From the human T2T-CHM13v2.0 reference genome, Homo sapiens: a stretch of 64,000 bases of DNA. Shown here piece after piece: positions 23,575 to 33,630 of this stretch (its first letter is position 1; each line of letters starts with the position of its first letter). The translations under genes were made by a program, and so were the position numbers. The stretch is from the NCBI RefSeq assembly GCF_009914755.1, contig NC_060932.1; one strand, 5' to 3'. The notes beneath the pieces are model-generated. The model saw only the letters and a program-made list of their open reading frames with translations, ran no database searches and was not told where the DNA came from.

Positions 23575-24872
23575 AGGTGTGTCCATGGTGTTGGAGGTGT
23601 GTCGTGGTGTTGGAGGTGTGTCCATGGTGTTGGAGGCATGTCCATGGTGTTGGAGGTGTGTCCATGGTGCTGGAGGCAAGTCCATGGCACTGCAGGCATG
23701 CCCATGGCATTGAAGGCGTGTTCATGGTGTTGAAGGTGTGTCATAGTGTTGGAGGCATGTCCATGGTGTTGAAGTTGTGTCATGGTGTTAAAGATGTGTT
23801 GTGGTGTTGGAGGTGTGTCCATGTTGTTGAAGGCATGTTCATGGTGTTGGAGGCGTGTCCATGGTGTTGGAGGTGTGTCATGTTGTTGGAGGCGTGTCCA
23901 TGGTGTTGAAGGTGTGTCATGATGTTAAAGATGTGTTGTGGTGTTGGAGGTGTGTCCATGTTGTTAAAGGCATGTCCATGGTGTTGGAGGTGTGTCCATA
24001 GTGTTGGAGGCGTGTCCATGGTGTTGGAGGTGTGTCCACAGTGTTGGAGGTGTGTCATGATGTTGGAGGTGTGTCCACGGTGTTGGAGGTGTGCCATGGT
24101 GTTGGAAGTGTGTCCGTGGTGTTGGAGGCGTGTCTGTGGTGTTGGAGGTGTATCCATGGTGTTGGAGGTGTGTCCATGGTGTTGGAGGCGTGTCCATGGT
24201 GTTGGAGGCATGTCCATGGTGTTGGAGGCGTGTCCATGGTGTTGGAGGTGTGTCCATGGTGTTGGAGTCATGTCCATGGTGTTGGAGGTGTGTCCATGGT
24301 GTTGGAGGTGTGTCCATGGTGTTGGAGGTGTGTTCATGGTGTTAGAGGCGAGTCCATGGCATTGGAGGCATTCTCATGGCATTGAAGGCATGTTCACGGT
24401 GTTAAAAGTGTGTCATGATGTTGAAGGTTCGTCATGGTGTTGGAGGTGTGTCATGGTGTTAAAGGTGGTTCATGGTGTTGAAGGTGTGTCCATGGTGTTG
24501 AAGGTGTGTTGTGGTGTTGGAGGTGTGTCCATGGTGTTGGAGGTGTGTCATGGTGTTGGAGGTGTGTCCATGGTGTTGTAGGTATGTCATGGTGTTGGAG
24601 GTGTGTCCATGGTGTTGGAGGTGTGTCATGGTGTTGAAGGTGTGTCCATGGTGTTGGAGGTATGTTCATGGCATTGGAGGTGTATCCATGGTGTTGGAGG
24701 TGTATCCACACCGTTGGAGGCATGTCTATCACGTTGGAGGTGTATTCATCCCGTTGAAGGCATGTCCATTGCATTGGAGGCGTGTCCATGCCATTGAAAG
24801 TGTGTCCATCTGTTGGAGGCCTATGCACAATACTGAAAGAGTGTGCATGGCATTGGAGGCAAGTCCATGTGT
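23575..24872. repeat. 19/20-bp degenerate minisatellite, ~65 copies
   Basis: Unit (c)catggtgttggaggtgtgt, most homogeneous at ~24140-24340. Confidence 0.95.
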
Positions 24873-25022
24873 TAAAGGCTTGTTAAAGGAAAGACTAGAA
24901 AGGAGGGTTGGACTCTTGCTGAAGGTCTTTGATGTGGGGACTTGGGCACTGGAGCAGTGGAGCCCTGGGGGGCCCTGGGAAGGCATGTGGCTTGATTTGA
25001 CAGGCATTTAGAGAAAAATCAC

Positions 25023-25369
25023 TGGTATGGTTTTGCTGTGTCCCCACCCAGTCTCATCTTGAATTGTAGCTCCATAATCCCCACATGTCATGGGAGGTAA
25101 TTGAATCATGGGGTCAGGTTTTTCCTGGGCTGTTCTCCCGATAGTGAATAAGTCTCATGAGATTTGATGGTGGTATAAAGGGAAGTTCCCTGCAGATTCT
25201 CTCTTGCCTGCCACCATGTAAGATGTGCCTTTTCTCCTCCTTCGCCTTCTGTCACAATTGTGAGGCCTCCCCAGCTATGTGGAACTGTGAGTCCATTAAA
25301 CCTCTTTTTCTTTATAAATTACCCAATCTTGAGTATTTCTTCAGAGCAGTATGAAAATGGACTAATATA
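25023..25369 (+). mobile_element. THE1 (C/D-like) solo LTR with 5-bp TSD
   Basis: tggtatggttttgctgtgtccccaccc...gaaaatggactaatata; TSD atcac at 25018-25022 and 25370-25374. Confidence 0.92.
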
Positions 25370-25847
25370 ATCACCCTCCCAGTGTAGGGTGAGATTTGGG
25401 CTGAGGCCAGGAGGGACAGAGAAGCTTGGGAGGGGACAGAGAATGGAGGCTGATGGAGACCATATAGGAGGTAGAATGACAGAAGCCTGGGGGGACAGGG
25501 AACTGCCAGTTGCTGCTTTTCCTGGGTCATTCCATGGGATTGCCTCGAGTTTCCTTCCAGGTGGGCCTCCTACCCACAGCAGGCTGGCCCAGGACCCCAG
25601 GCTCCATGAGCTTGGCACTGGCCAGTGTCCTGCAGTTAGTGTTGGTGGAGCTGAGGCTTAAATCTCGCCAGTTTTCCTCCAAAGCTTGTGAGGGGGCCCG
25701 GCCCAGGCCACTGAGTCTCCCAGGGTTGTCTTGACGGTGGTGCAGGAGGGATGCTGTTGAAGTTTTGTCTTAATTTGAGGCCCCACTGAAGATTTTGAGA
25801 CAGGGAGAAGGGTGCAGGTCCTCTGGGAGCTGGCCAGGGATGCAGGG

Positions 25848-26587
25848 CGTATAGTCTTCAGGTGGCCGTAACAAAATTCCACAAAGTTGGCACCTTAAAC
25901 TGCAAACGTGGACTGTCTCACCGCTCTGGAGGCTGAAGCCTGAGATCCAGGTGCTGGAAGGGCCCCCTCTCTCCGAGGCTCCCAGGGAGGCTCCTTCCTG
26001 CCTCTTCCAGCTGCCAGTGGCGCCAGGCATTCCTTGGCTTGTGGCTGCATCCCCCAGTCTGCTTTCATCGTCTCACAGCTGTCGTCCCTCTGTGCCTGCA
26101 TCCATGTTTTTTGTTCTTTTTTTTTGAAACAGAGTCTGGCTCTGTCACCTAGGCTGGAGTGCAGTGGTGTGATCTTGGCTCACTGAACCTCTCTGCCTTT
26201 GAGGTTCAGGTGATTCTCCTGCCTCAGCCTCCTGAGTAGCTGGGACTACAGGTGCATGCTACCAAACCTGGCTAATTTTTTTGTATTTTATTTTATTTTT
26301 TTAGTAGAGTTTGGGTTCTACCATGTTGGCCAGGCTGGTCTTGAACTCCTGACCTCAGGTATCTGCCTGCTTCAGCCTCACAAAATGTTGGGATTACAGG
26401 CGTGAGCCACTGCACCTGGCCCCAAGTTTCTTTTCCATATGAAGACCCATCCTATTGGATTAGGGCTCACATGAATCCAGCGCTACCTCATCTTAGTGAC
26501 GCCTGCATAGACCCTATTTCCAAATAAATTCACATTCACAGGTTCTGGTGATGTGAACTGCCTGGGGGCACGATTCAACCCAGAACA
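25848..26587 (-). mobile_element. MLT1C/D-like LTR interrupted by an Alu
   Basis: ggccgtaacaaaattccacaaag...ctggaggctgaagcctgagatcc; resumes after the Alu with agaccctatttccaaataaattcacattcacagg...attcaacccagaaca. Confidence 0.82.
26107..26421 (-). mobile_element. AluS, full length
   Basis: T-tail, gaaacagagtctggctctgtcacctaggctggagtgcagtgg...gggattacaggcgtgagccactgcacctggcc. Confidence 0.96.
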
Positions 26588-27409
26588 GGGCTGACACCAG
26601 GAAGGGAGGGCAGCCCATTGGGGGCATGTGGCCCAGTTGGCCACTGCTCTGGGAAACTGACACTTAAACCTGTTGGAGACCCTGGAGGGCAGCCAGGGAG
26701 GCCGGATGCTGAGCTGCGGTGTGAGAGAGCTGTGGTTCATCCAGCACCTCCTGCCTCCGCTGGTGGCTTCCTGGGTCCCTCCCTCCTTGCCATCACCCCG
26801 TTGCCTCCTGTCTCATCTTTGAGATCCCTGTGGTCTGGACAGAAAAGGGGCATGTCTGTCCACTGGGGCGCTTGGGCTGAGAACTCCCACTGGCCCAATC
26901 CCCGAGACCCCATCCCCACATTCATGTGTCTGTCTGGGGAGAGCTGCTCTCCCGTTATTTCTGGGAATATTTTTATTCATTGTTCATCTTGACATTTATT
27001 GTTGACATTCCAAGAACAGTCAAACAAGATAAATGTCCCATCTCCAGGACCCACAAACCGCTGCTTCTCCCCGCTGTAAATTCATTTCTAGCTATTGAGC
27101 AGTCAGGGGTGCCTGTGCCAGGTTAAGTGGAGGGAGGCGGGTGCCAGGCCTGCCGGGGAGGGGCTGCAAGGTGCTGGAGGGAGATAAAGCCCTGAGACCA
27201 GATGCGATTACACCCGGCCAACGTGCGAGGGCCCTGGGGATCCTGGGCTCTGGCACAGCCTGCCCATGGGGGTGCCCAGCTCTGCCCCACGTGGGCGTGC
27301 CAGCCTGTGGGGGCTCTGTGAGACTCAGGTTCCTGTGTGGGCCTGCACGGCTGGCTCACGGCTCAATGTCCTGTTGATGTCGCTGACCTGGGCTTCTCTG
27401 CCTTCAGGT

Positions 27410-27656
27410 GGATGTTAGTCAGGGCTCTCCAGACAAACAGAACCAGTAGGCGTTATGTAGATAGACTGCTGGATCCATCAAGAGAGCTTTATTGTGGGGG
27501 TTTGGCTCACACCATTGTGGAGCCTGAGAAATCTCACGGTCCACCATCTGTAAGCCCAGGACCCAGGGGAGCTGAGAGTGTAAGGCCCAGCCCAGGTCTG
27601 AAGGCCTGAGAGCCCTGAGTGCTAACTTCCAAACATATACCCAGAAATCATGTTTT
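27410..27656 (-). mobile_element. MLT2 (ERVL) LTR fragment with internal deletion and truncation
   Basis: ttagtcagggctctccagacaaacagaaccagtagg...ttggctcacaccattgtggag...tctgaaggcctgaga...acccagaaatcatgttt. Confidence 0.7.
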
Positions 27657-27705
27657 CTTCATGGTGTTGAAGGTGTGTCCACGAGGAGCACAAATGCCCT
27701 AGGCA

Positions 27706-28703
27706 CTGGGCACTCATTGCCCATCCCAGGTGCCACGCAAGTCTGTGGCCTGCGCTTCCCCCTTTCAGTTTCACACTGACACTGTGGGGTGGGTACTGTT
27801 CCCAACATGTTTTATACAAGGGGAGACCAGAGCTCAGAGAGGTCAAGCCACCTGCCTGAGGTCGCACAGCTGGCCTGTGGAGAAGCCGGGGCTCTGCTAC
27901 CCAGGTCCGCCTGATCTTGCCATCATCCGATGCTCTTGCCGATGGCACCACATGGCTGCGGAAAGGGTAAGTGACGTGATGAGCACAAACGCCCTTCAAA
28001 GACCAACCTCTGGGCGACTATCTGCTGTCATGCCTCTCTCTGGACCCCAAGCCAGGCCACCCCTTAGCCTGGTCGGGTTGACACATAAATAAACCATCAC
28101 AGGGCGTCCCATTTCTCCCGCACAGGATTTCTGGGGTCATTAGAGATAAATTAGGTCAGCCGTCGGGACGTATTTACACTTAGCAGGTGCTCCCTAAATG
28201 GGCTCTACCCCTCCCATGTGCCCCTCTCTCCTTCTCGCGGTGCTGGTGATGCTGCTGAATAAGGCCTCTCGCTTCCTGGGCCCTGTGCTGGGAGCAGGGC
28301 TGGGGCTGGGATCAGAGACCTCGTCCTGCGCCTCAGATGGCTCGTCTGGCTTGGGGGCCAGAGAGAGGCATGGCAGCTGACAGTCGCCCGGAGGTTGGTC
28401 TTCAAAGGGCATTTGAGCTCACCACCTCACTTACCCTTTCCACAGCCATGTGGTGCCCTCAGCAAGAGCATCGGATGGAGGCTGTGGGGCAAGGTCAGGC
28501 AGACCTGGGTAGCAGAGCCCTGGCTTCTCCACGGACCAGCTGTGTGACCTCAGGCAGGTGTCTTGACCTCTCTGAGCTCTGGTCTCCCCATGCATAAAGC
28601 ATGTTGGTAACAGTACCCACCCCACAGTGCTGGTGTGAGGCTGAAAGGGGGAAGTGCAGGCCACAGGCTTTCATGGTGCCTGGGATGGGCAATGAGAGCC
28701 CAG
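27706..28703. repeat. Inverted duplication: arms 27706-28055 and 28346-28703, 290-bp spacer
   Basis: Manual alignment of arm 1 against the reverse complement of arm 2 gives ~89% identity over ~350 bp with one ~8-nt indel; the outer ~215 bp are MIR-derived. Confidence 0.93.
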
Positions 28704-30831
28704 CAAGTGCAAGCTCTTGATATGACCGTCCCCATTTTCTAGATGAGGAGACTGAGGCTCAGGAAATTAGAGGCCTTACTCAGGGCCTTTACCACATGAT
28801 CAAGGCTGGAATGAAAATCCCAACTCCGTCCCAGGCCCTGGCCTCTGTGTGCCGAGAACATTAGGCAGAGAGAAGTTGTGCCTGGCAGAGGGAAAGATGG
28901 CCACAGCAGGACCAGTCAGGGAGGGCTTCCTGGGAGTGGGGACACCTAGGCAGTGGCCCGCAGGGTGGTTAGGACTTGGCTGGGCTGAGAGGCAGTGAGA
29001 GGTCACTCCTGTTCAGGGCAGGGAACGGGCCACACCCTTCATAGCTGAGCCAGGGAACAGGCATACTGTTCATGAGCAGCCAGTGGAGACCGAGGCTCAG
29101 AGAGGACAGGCAGCCCAGCAGAGCTGCTCAGCGTGAGGCGCAGGGGCTGGGACTCATCCCCACACCCTCACTCCCTCACCTCTGCCCCCGCATCCTCTCC
29201 TTCTGCCCTGGCAAGTGTGAGCATGGCTCCCAGGCAGGCTCACTTTCCTGTCATGACTTGGCAGCAAGAGCTAAGGGGCTTGCTCTTAGCTGGCCTGGAG
29301 TTGGACACACTCAAGTGCTGGCCAGTGAGGTGGGTATTTGGAGGGACGTGGATCCCAGGAGCAGGTGCTGGCAGGACACGAGTCCCAGGCTTGGGAGGTC
29401 AGGGGCGACATCCTCAGACTTGATCTCCATGCCCCAGGCCTGGAATGTCTGCTGGAGCTGGGGATGACCCGAGTGAGCTCAGGTCCCACCATGCAGCCCA
29501 GCGGGCCTTCCCGTGACAGTGTTGGTGGCTGGCATGGGGGCTGGACAGTGGAAGGCCACCCCTGGTGAATGGCCGACTGGCCACCTCATCCTTGTGGGGC
29601 CGCCACAAGTGCCTCTACCCAGCTCTGCTGTGCACTGAAAATGCAGGAGAGGGGGTGGGGTGGGCAGGGTGCAGGGGTGTGTGGTTCCGGGCTAGGAGGC
29701 AGGAAGGGGGGCATCTTTGAGTGGAGACAGAGTCCAAAAATGTAACAGCTGCCTTTCAGGGGACACAGGGAGGCAGGCACTGGATGTGGCCACGTGCCAG
29801 GCTCTGTGCTGAGGGCAGGGTGCTCTCTGGGGTCCGAACCGTCAGCGTCTTCCAGCCCCAGGTGGAATCTGAGGCCTCTGTCCTCCTCCCAGGAGGGAGC
29901 CAGATGGAGGGCAGGGGAGGAGGGAGGGAGCCAGGGGAAGAGGGACTCGAGTGCACGAGCCGTAACAGTAGGGGCTGCGAGGGTCGGCCGGGCAGTACCC
30001 AGAAGTCCATGCCCATATCGGGCGTGGCTGATGGTGGGCCGCGACTGGCTTTCCAGGGAGGAGGGACCGATGCCAAGGCTGCAGCTATGATTGTGTTTTC
30101 CAAGACTGGAAACTGAGGGTGTGTGACCAGCCTACTGTCGGCCAATTCGCAGCAGTGAGGCCAGAATTGGCATCAACCTGAAAGGTTCTTGCTCCATGTC
30201 TGTCAGCGGGAGTAAATTCCCTGTCCCTGCAGAAGCCCAGATTGTGTCTGAGAATGTACCAGTGTCGATGTCGGAACGTCATGAAGTCACCGGGGGCTGT
30301 CTCTAGGGCCTGGAGGTGAACAGACACGTGCATGCGAGCCTGTGTGTGTGTGCATGCGTGTGTGATTCGGGGCCCTGCCTCTCTTTGCTCTTCTCCCTCA
30401 GCTTCTTTCATTGTTCTGGCCCGTCCCCCTCAAGGGAGGAGCCTCTCAGTGTCCTAAATGACAGGCTTGTTGGGAAAGGGAGGTAACCTGCTTGCACACC
30501 TCCAGGGCCAGGAGGCTCACCACCTTGCGGACAACCCATTGCCTTGTGCGCACTGTGAGCCTGTGAGAAAGTCCCTCCTTGGGCTGAGCCAAGCTACGCT
30601 CGTGTCCCTGCTCCTGGCTGTGCTCATGGAGGCCCTGGATGGCCATGCTGCTGCCCCAGGCCCTCCCGCAGTAAAATTCCCAGCCTCCTTCTAGTCTGAC
30701 CCTGGCCACTGTCCTCCAGATGAAGGCCAGGTGCCCCGAGGAGGCTCCTGACCTCACCAGCACCTCCCTTTGCCCATTCATGCTGGTCTGGACTGGGGTG
30801 TGGAGAGTGCACTTGTGCCTTCATATGCATC

Positions 30832-31075
30832 CACAGCACACACACAGGGATCCAGATACATGCATGGATGTAGGCACACCACATACACACACACAGCACA
30901 CACACAGGCACCCAGATACATGCACAGATGCAGATACACCACATATGTACACACAGCACACACACACACACACACACGGACACCTAGGCACACTCATGGA
31001 TGTAGGTACACCACATTTGCACACACACAGCACACACACACAGGGACCCAGATACATGCACAGATGCAGGTCCAC
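30832..31075. repeat. ~60-bp CA-rich tandem repeat, ~4 copies (CA-rich to ~31230)
   Basis: Unit about cacagcacacacacagggacccagatacatgcacagatgcaggtacaccacatacaca. Confidence 0.8.
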
Positions 31076-31372
31076 AGATGCATATGCCACACACAGGCGT
31101 GGCTATATGCACACGCATCCCATGAACCCGACAGGCACACGGACGCAGATACACGAACATTAGAACGTGGACCTCCACAGCCACATGCAGTGCATGTCCA
31201 GACACAAGCATGAGCACACAGACACATACACCTCGTGTGGGACACAGCCGGTGGCTCTGGAGAGCTGGCAGGAAGCCTGGAGTGGCCCTGAGTTTGCCTG
31301 TTATGTGTGCACAGCTTGGTGCACCCAGCTCCCAGGCTAGGAGACAGCAGCCCTTTCAGTGAGGTTTTTATG

Positions 31373-31537
31373 GTTTTGTTTTGTTTTTTAGAGATAGGGT
31401 CTCGCTGTGTCACCCAGGCTGGAGAGCACTGGCACAATCATAGCTCACTGCAGCCTCAAATTCCCGGACTCCAGTGATCCTCCTGCCTTAGCCTCCCAAG
31501 GTGTTGGGATTACAGGCGTGAGCCACTGTGCCTGGCC
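31373..31537 (-). mobile_element. Alu monomer (FRAM-like)
   Basis: tttagagatagggtctcgctgtgtcacccaggctgg...gggattacaggcgtgagccactgtgcctggcc, single arm. Confidence 0.88.
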
Positions 31538-31764
31538 TCAATGAAGCTTTTTGGGCAGGCCTTCGGTCTTTTCCCGTATCCCTGCTTAAACATTAAACAT
31601 TTCCCTGGGCAATGATGCCACCTCCTGTACCAACTGACTGTCCCATCGGCTGCCCAGGTTTGTGGGGACAGGGCGTTCCTCCTGCACCCTCCAATGTGAC
31701 ATTTCCAGCCCCTCCCACCATGCCCACTGGCTGCTGGGCCCTCTCCAAGCCCAGGCTGGAGCAG

Positions 31765-32835
31765 GCTGGCAGCTGATGTGTTTATTTGCCTGGCAGCGGG
31801 GGCGGGAGGGAAGGCGTGGAGGTAATTGGTACATTTTGTAAGCAATCATCCCCTGGCACCCTCTGCCGCAGCGTGTGGGCCGCCAGATCCCGTTAATCAT
31901 GACCTGGAGGCCTGGGTCCCCCCACCACCTGACAGCCTCATTTCTCTCCTCGGAAGGATGGAGCCGCTCTGCCTCCCTAATGGCGTTATCTGTTATTCCC
32001 GGACACACTGCTCTCTCCTGGCACACTGATGGAGCCAGGGACTGTGCACGGGGCCCAGCGGGTGGGTGAAGAGGGTGGCAAGCAGGGGAAGACACTGATT
32101 CTGCAGCCTGTGACTGGCCAGAACTTGGCCGAGTGTTAGGGGCTTCTTCTGCACAGCACTGCACCCATTTCAGCAGCAGAGACAGCGGGAGAGGCTGGTG
32201 CCCCACAGGAGGCCACGCTACTGGAGGTAGGTGGCATTTGATACCAGGTGCCCCTGACTGTAGCCTCCCGTGGAATTTTGGGGCTCACTCCAAAATGAAA
32301 ACTCAGAGCCCATTGTTAAAAAGTTATTAATCATTCCACGACGGCAACAGCAGAGCATTAAACCAAGCAGCAGGCCTGGAGAGCTCGGGCCCCGTGTGAA
32401 TGCACAGGCCACATGGCATGCAGCTGCCCTGTCCACGTGTTCTGACACAAGCCTATGAGCGCACACACATCCACCTCACATGTGTGCACACATGCACAGG
32501 CATGCCCGGCCGCAGGCAGGCATGGGGGTCACAGTGGGGTGACCCAGACCCAGGCCTTGCTCATCAGGGGTCACCAGCCAAACCCCTCCCTACCTCAGTT
32601 TCCTCACTGCTTACAGGGGCCCAGGACACAGCCCAATGCGGTGGCCAAGATGGTGCCCAGTTGAGGGAACTGGCTGGTGCCCCCTGGCTGGCCTCCCACA
32701 GGGAAACGTGCCTGGCATCATGATTGTTGTTGCTCTTCATGACGGAAATGACGGCCGTGTATGAGAGACGCAGGAGCAAATCATCCCTGCATGATTAATA
32801 AAGGGCCCAGGGGATGCCGGTGTGATTAATTCCTG
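31765..32835. promoter_or_regulatory. Candidate enhancer cluster with PBX-HOX/MEIS/FOX motifs
   Basis: TGATTAAT at 32326-32333 (minus), 32792-32799 and 32823-32830; TGACAG 31930; TGTTTATTT ~31779; TAATTG ~31823. Confidence 0.42.
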
Positions 32836-32969
32836 CACTTACTCTACCTCGCCTGCTCATACATGCTCACACACATGCACACAGCACCCACTGGGTGCCA
32901 GGGCTTTGCAGGGGCTTGCCCTACCCATGTAGCACTCCAGCTGGACCCAATCCAATCCTTCATTCTAAG

Positions 32970-33225
32970 CATCCATCCATCCACCCATCCATCCATCCAC
33001 CCATCCATCCATCCACCCACCCACCCATCCATCCATCCATCCATCCATCCATCCATCCATCCATCCATCCACCCATCTATCCATCCACCAATTCATCTGT
33101 TCATCCATCCACCCATTCACCAGTTTATTCATCCAGATAAATCAATTTATCCATCCATCTGTCTGTCCATCCATTCATCCACCCCTCCAACCTCATTCAT
33201 CCATCCATCCACCAGTTTATCCATC
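32970..33225. repeat. (CCAT)n tetranucleotide microsatellite
   Basis: Direct ccatccatccat run with ccac variants. Confidence 0.95.
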
Positions 33226-33487
33226 TGGCAAGCTCTCATCCCTTCTGTAAGTATCCACCAAGTTTCTATTTGTGTCAGCCCCTGGGGATCCAAGGATGAA
33301 TCATCCACATGGGCCCTGAACTGGAGGCCCTCCCAGGCAGGTGAGGGGTCAGTGGCAGGAAACACCACCCCCCTATCCCCAAGCTCTGTGCTGTAGCCAG
33401 CTGAGGTGTGGGGTGGGCTGTGGAACTGGGGGCCAAGTTGGTGAGGTAACTACTCCTTGGGGAGTAGGGAAGGACTCACTTCCCCAT

Positions 33488-33630
33488 TTTGGGCAAGGCA
33501 CTTCATCTCTCTGTGCCTCAGATTCCTCATCTCTAAGATGGGGATCGTTATGATACCTCCCCTGTCAGGATTGTTGTGGGGGATTAAAAGAGTTAATTCA
33601 AGTCAAGCATTTAAAACAGTGCTGGCCATA
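33488..33630 (+). mobile_element. MIR
   Basis: ttgggcaaggcacttcatctctctgtgcctcagattcctcatctctaagatgggg. Confidence 0.75.

Noticed and set aside
10260-32307. Shared 15-mer aaatgaaaactcaga near both candidate enhancers (~10260 and ~32293)
   Set aside because: A few 15-nt matches are expected by chance in 64 kb.
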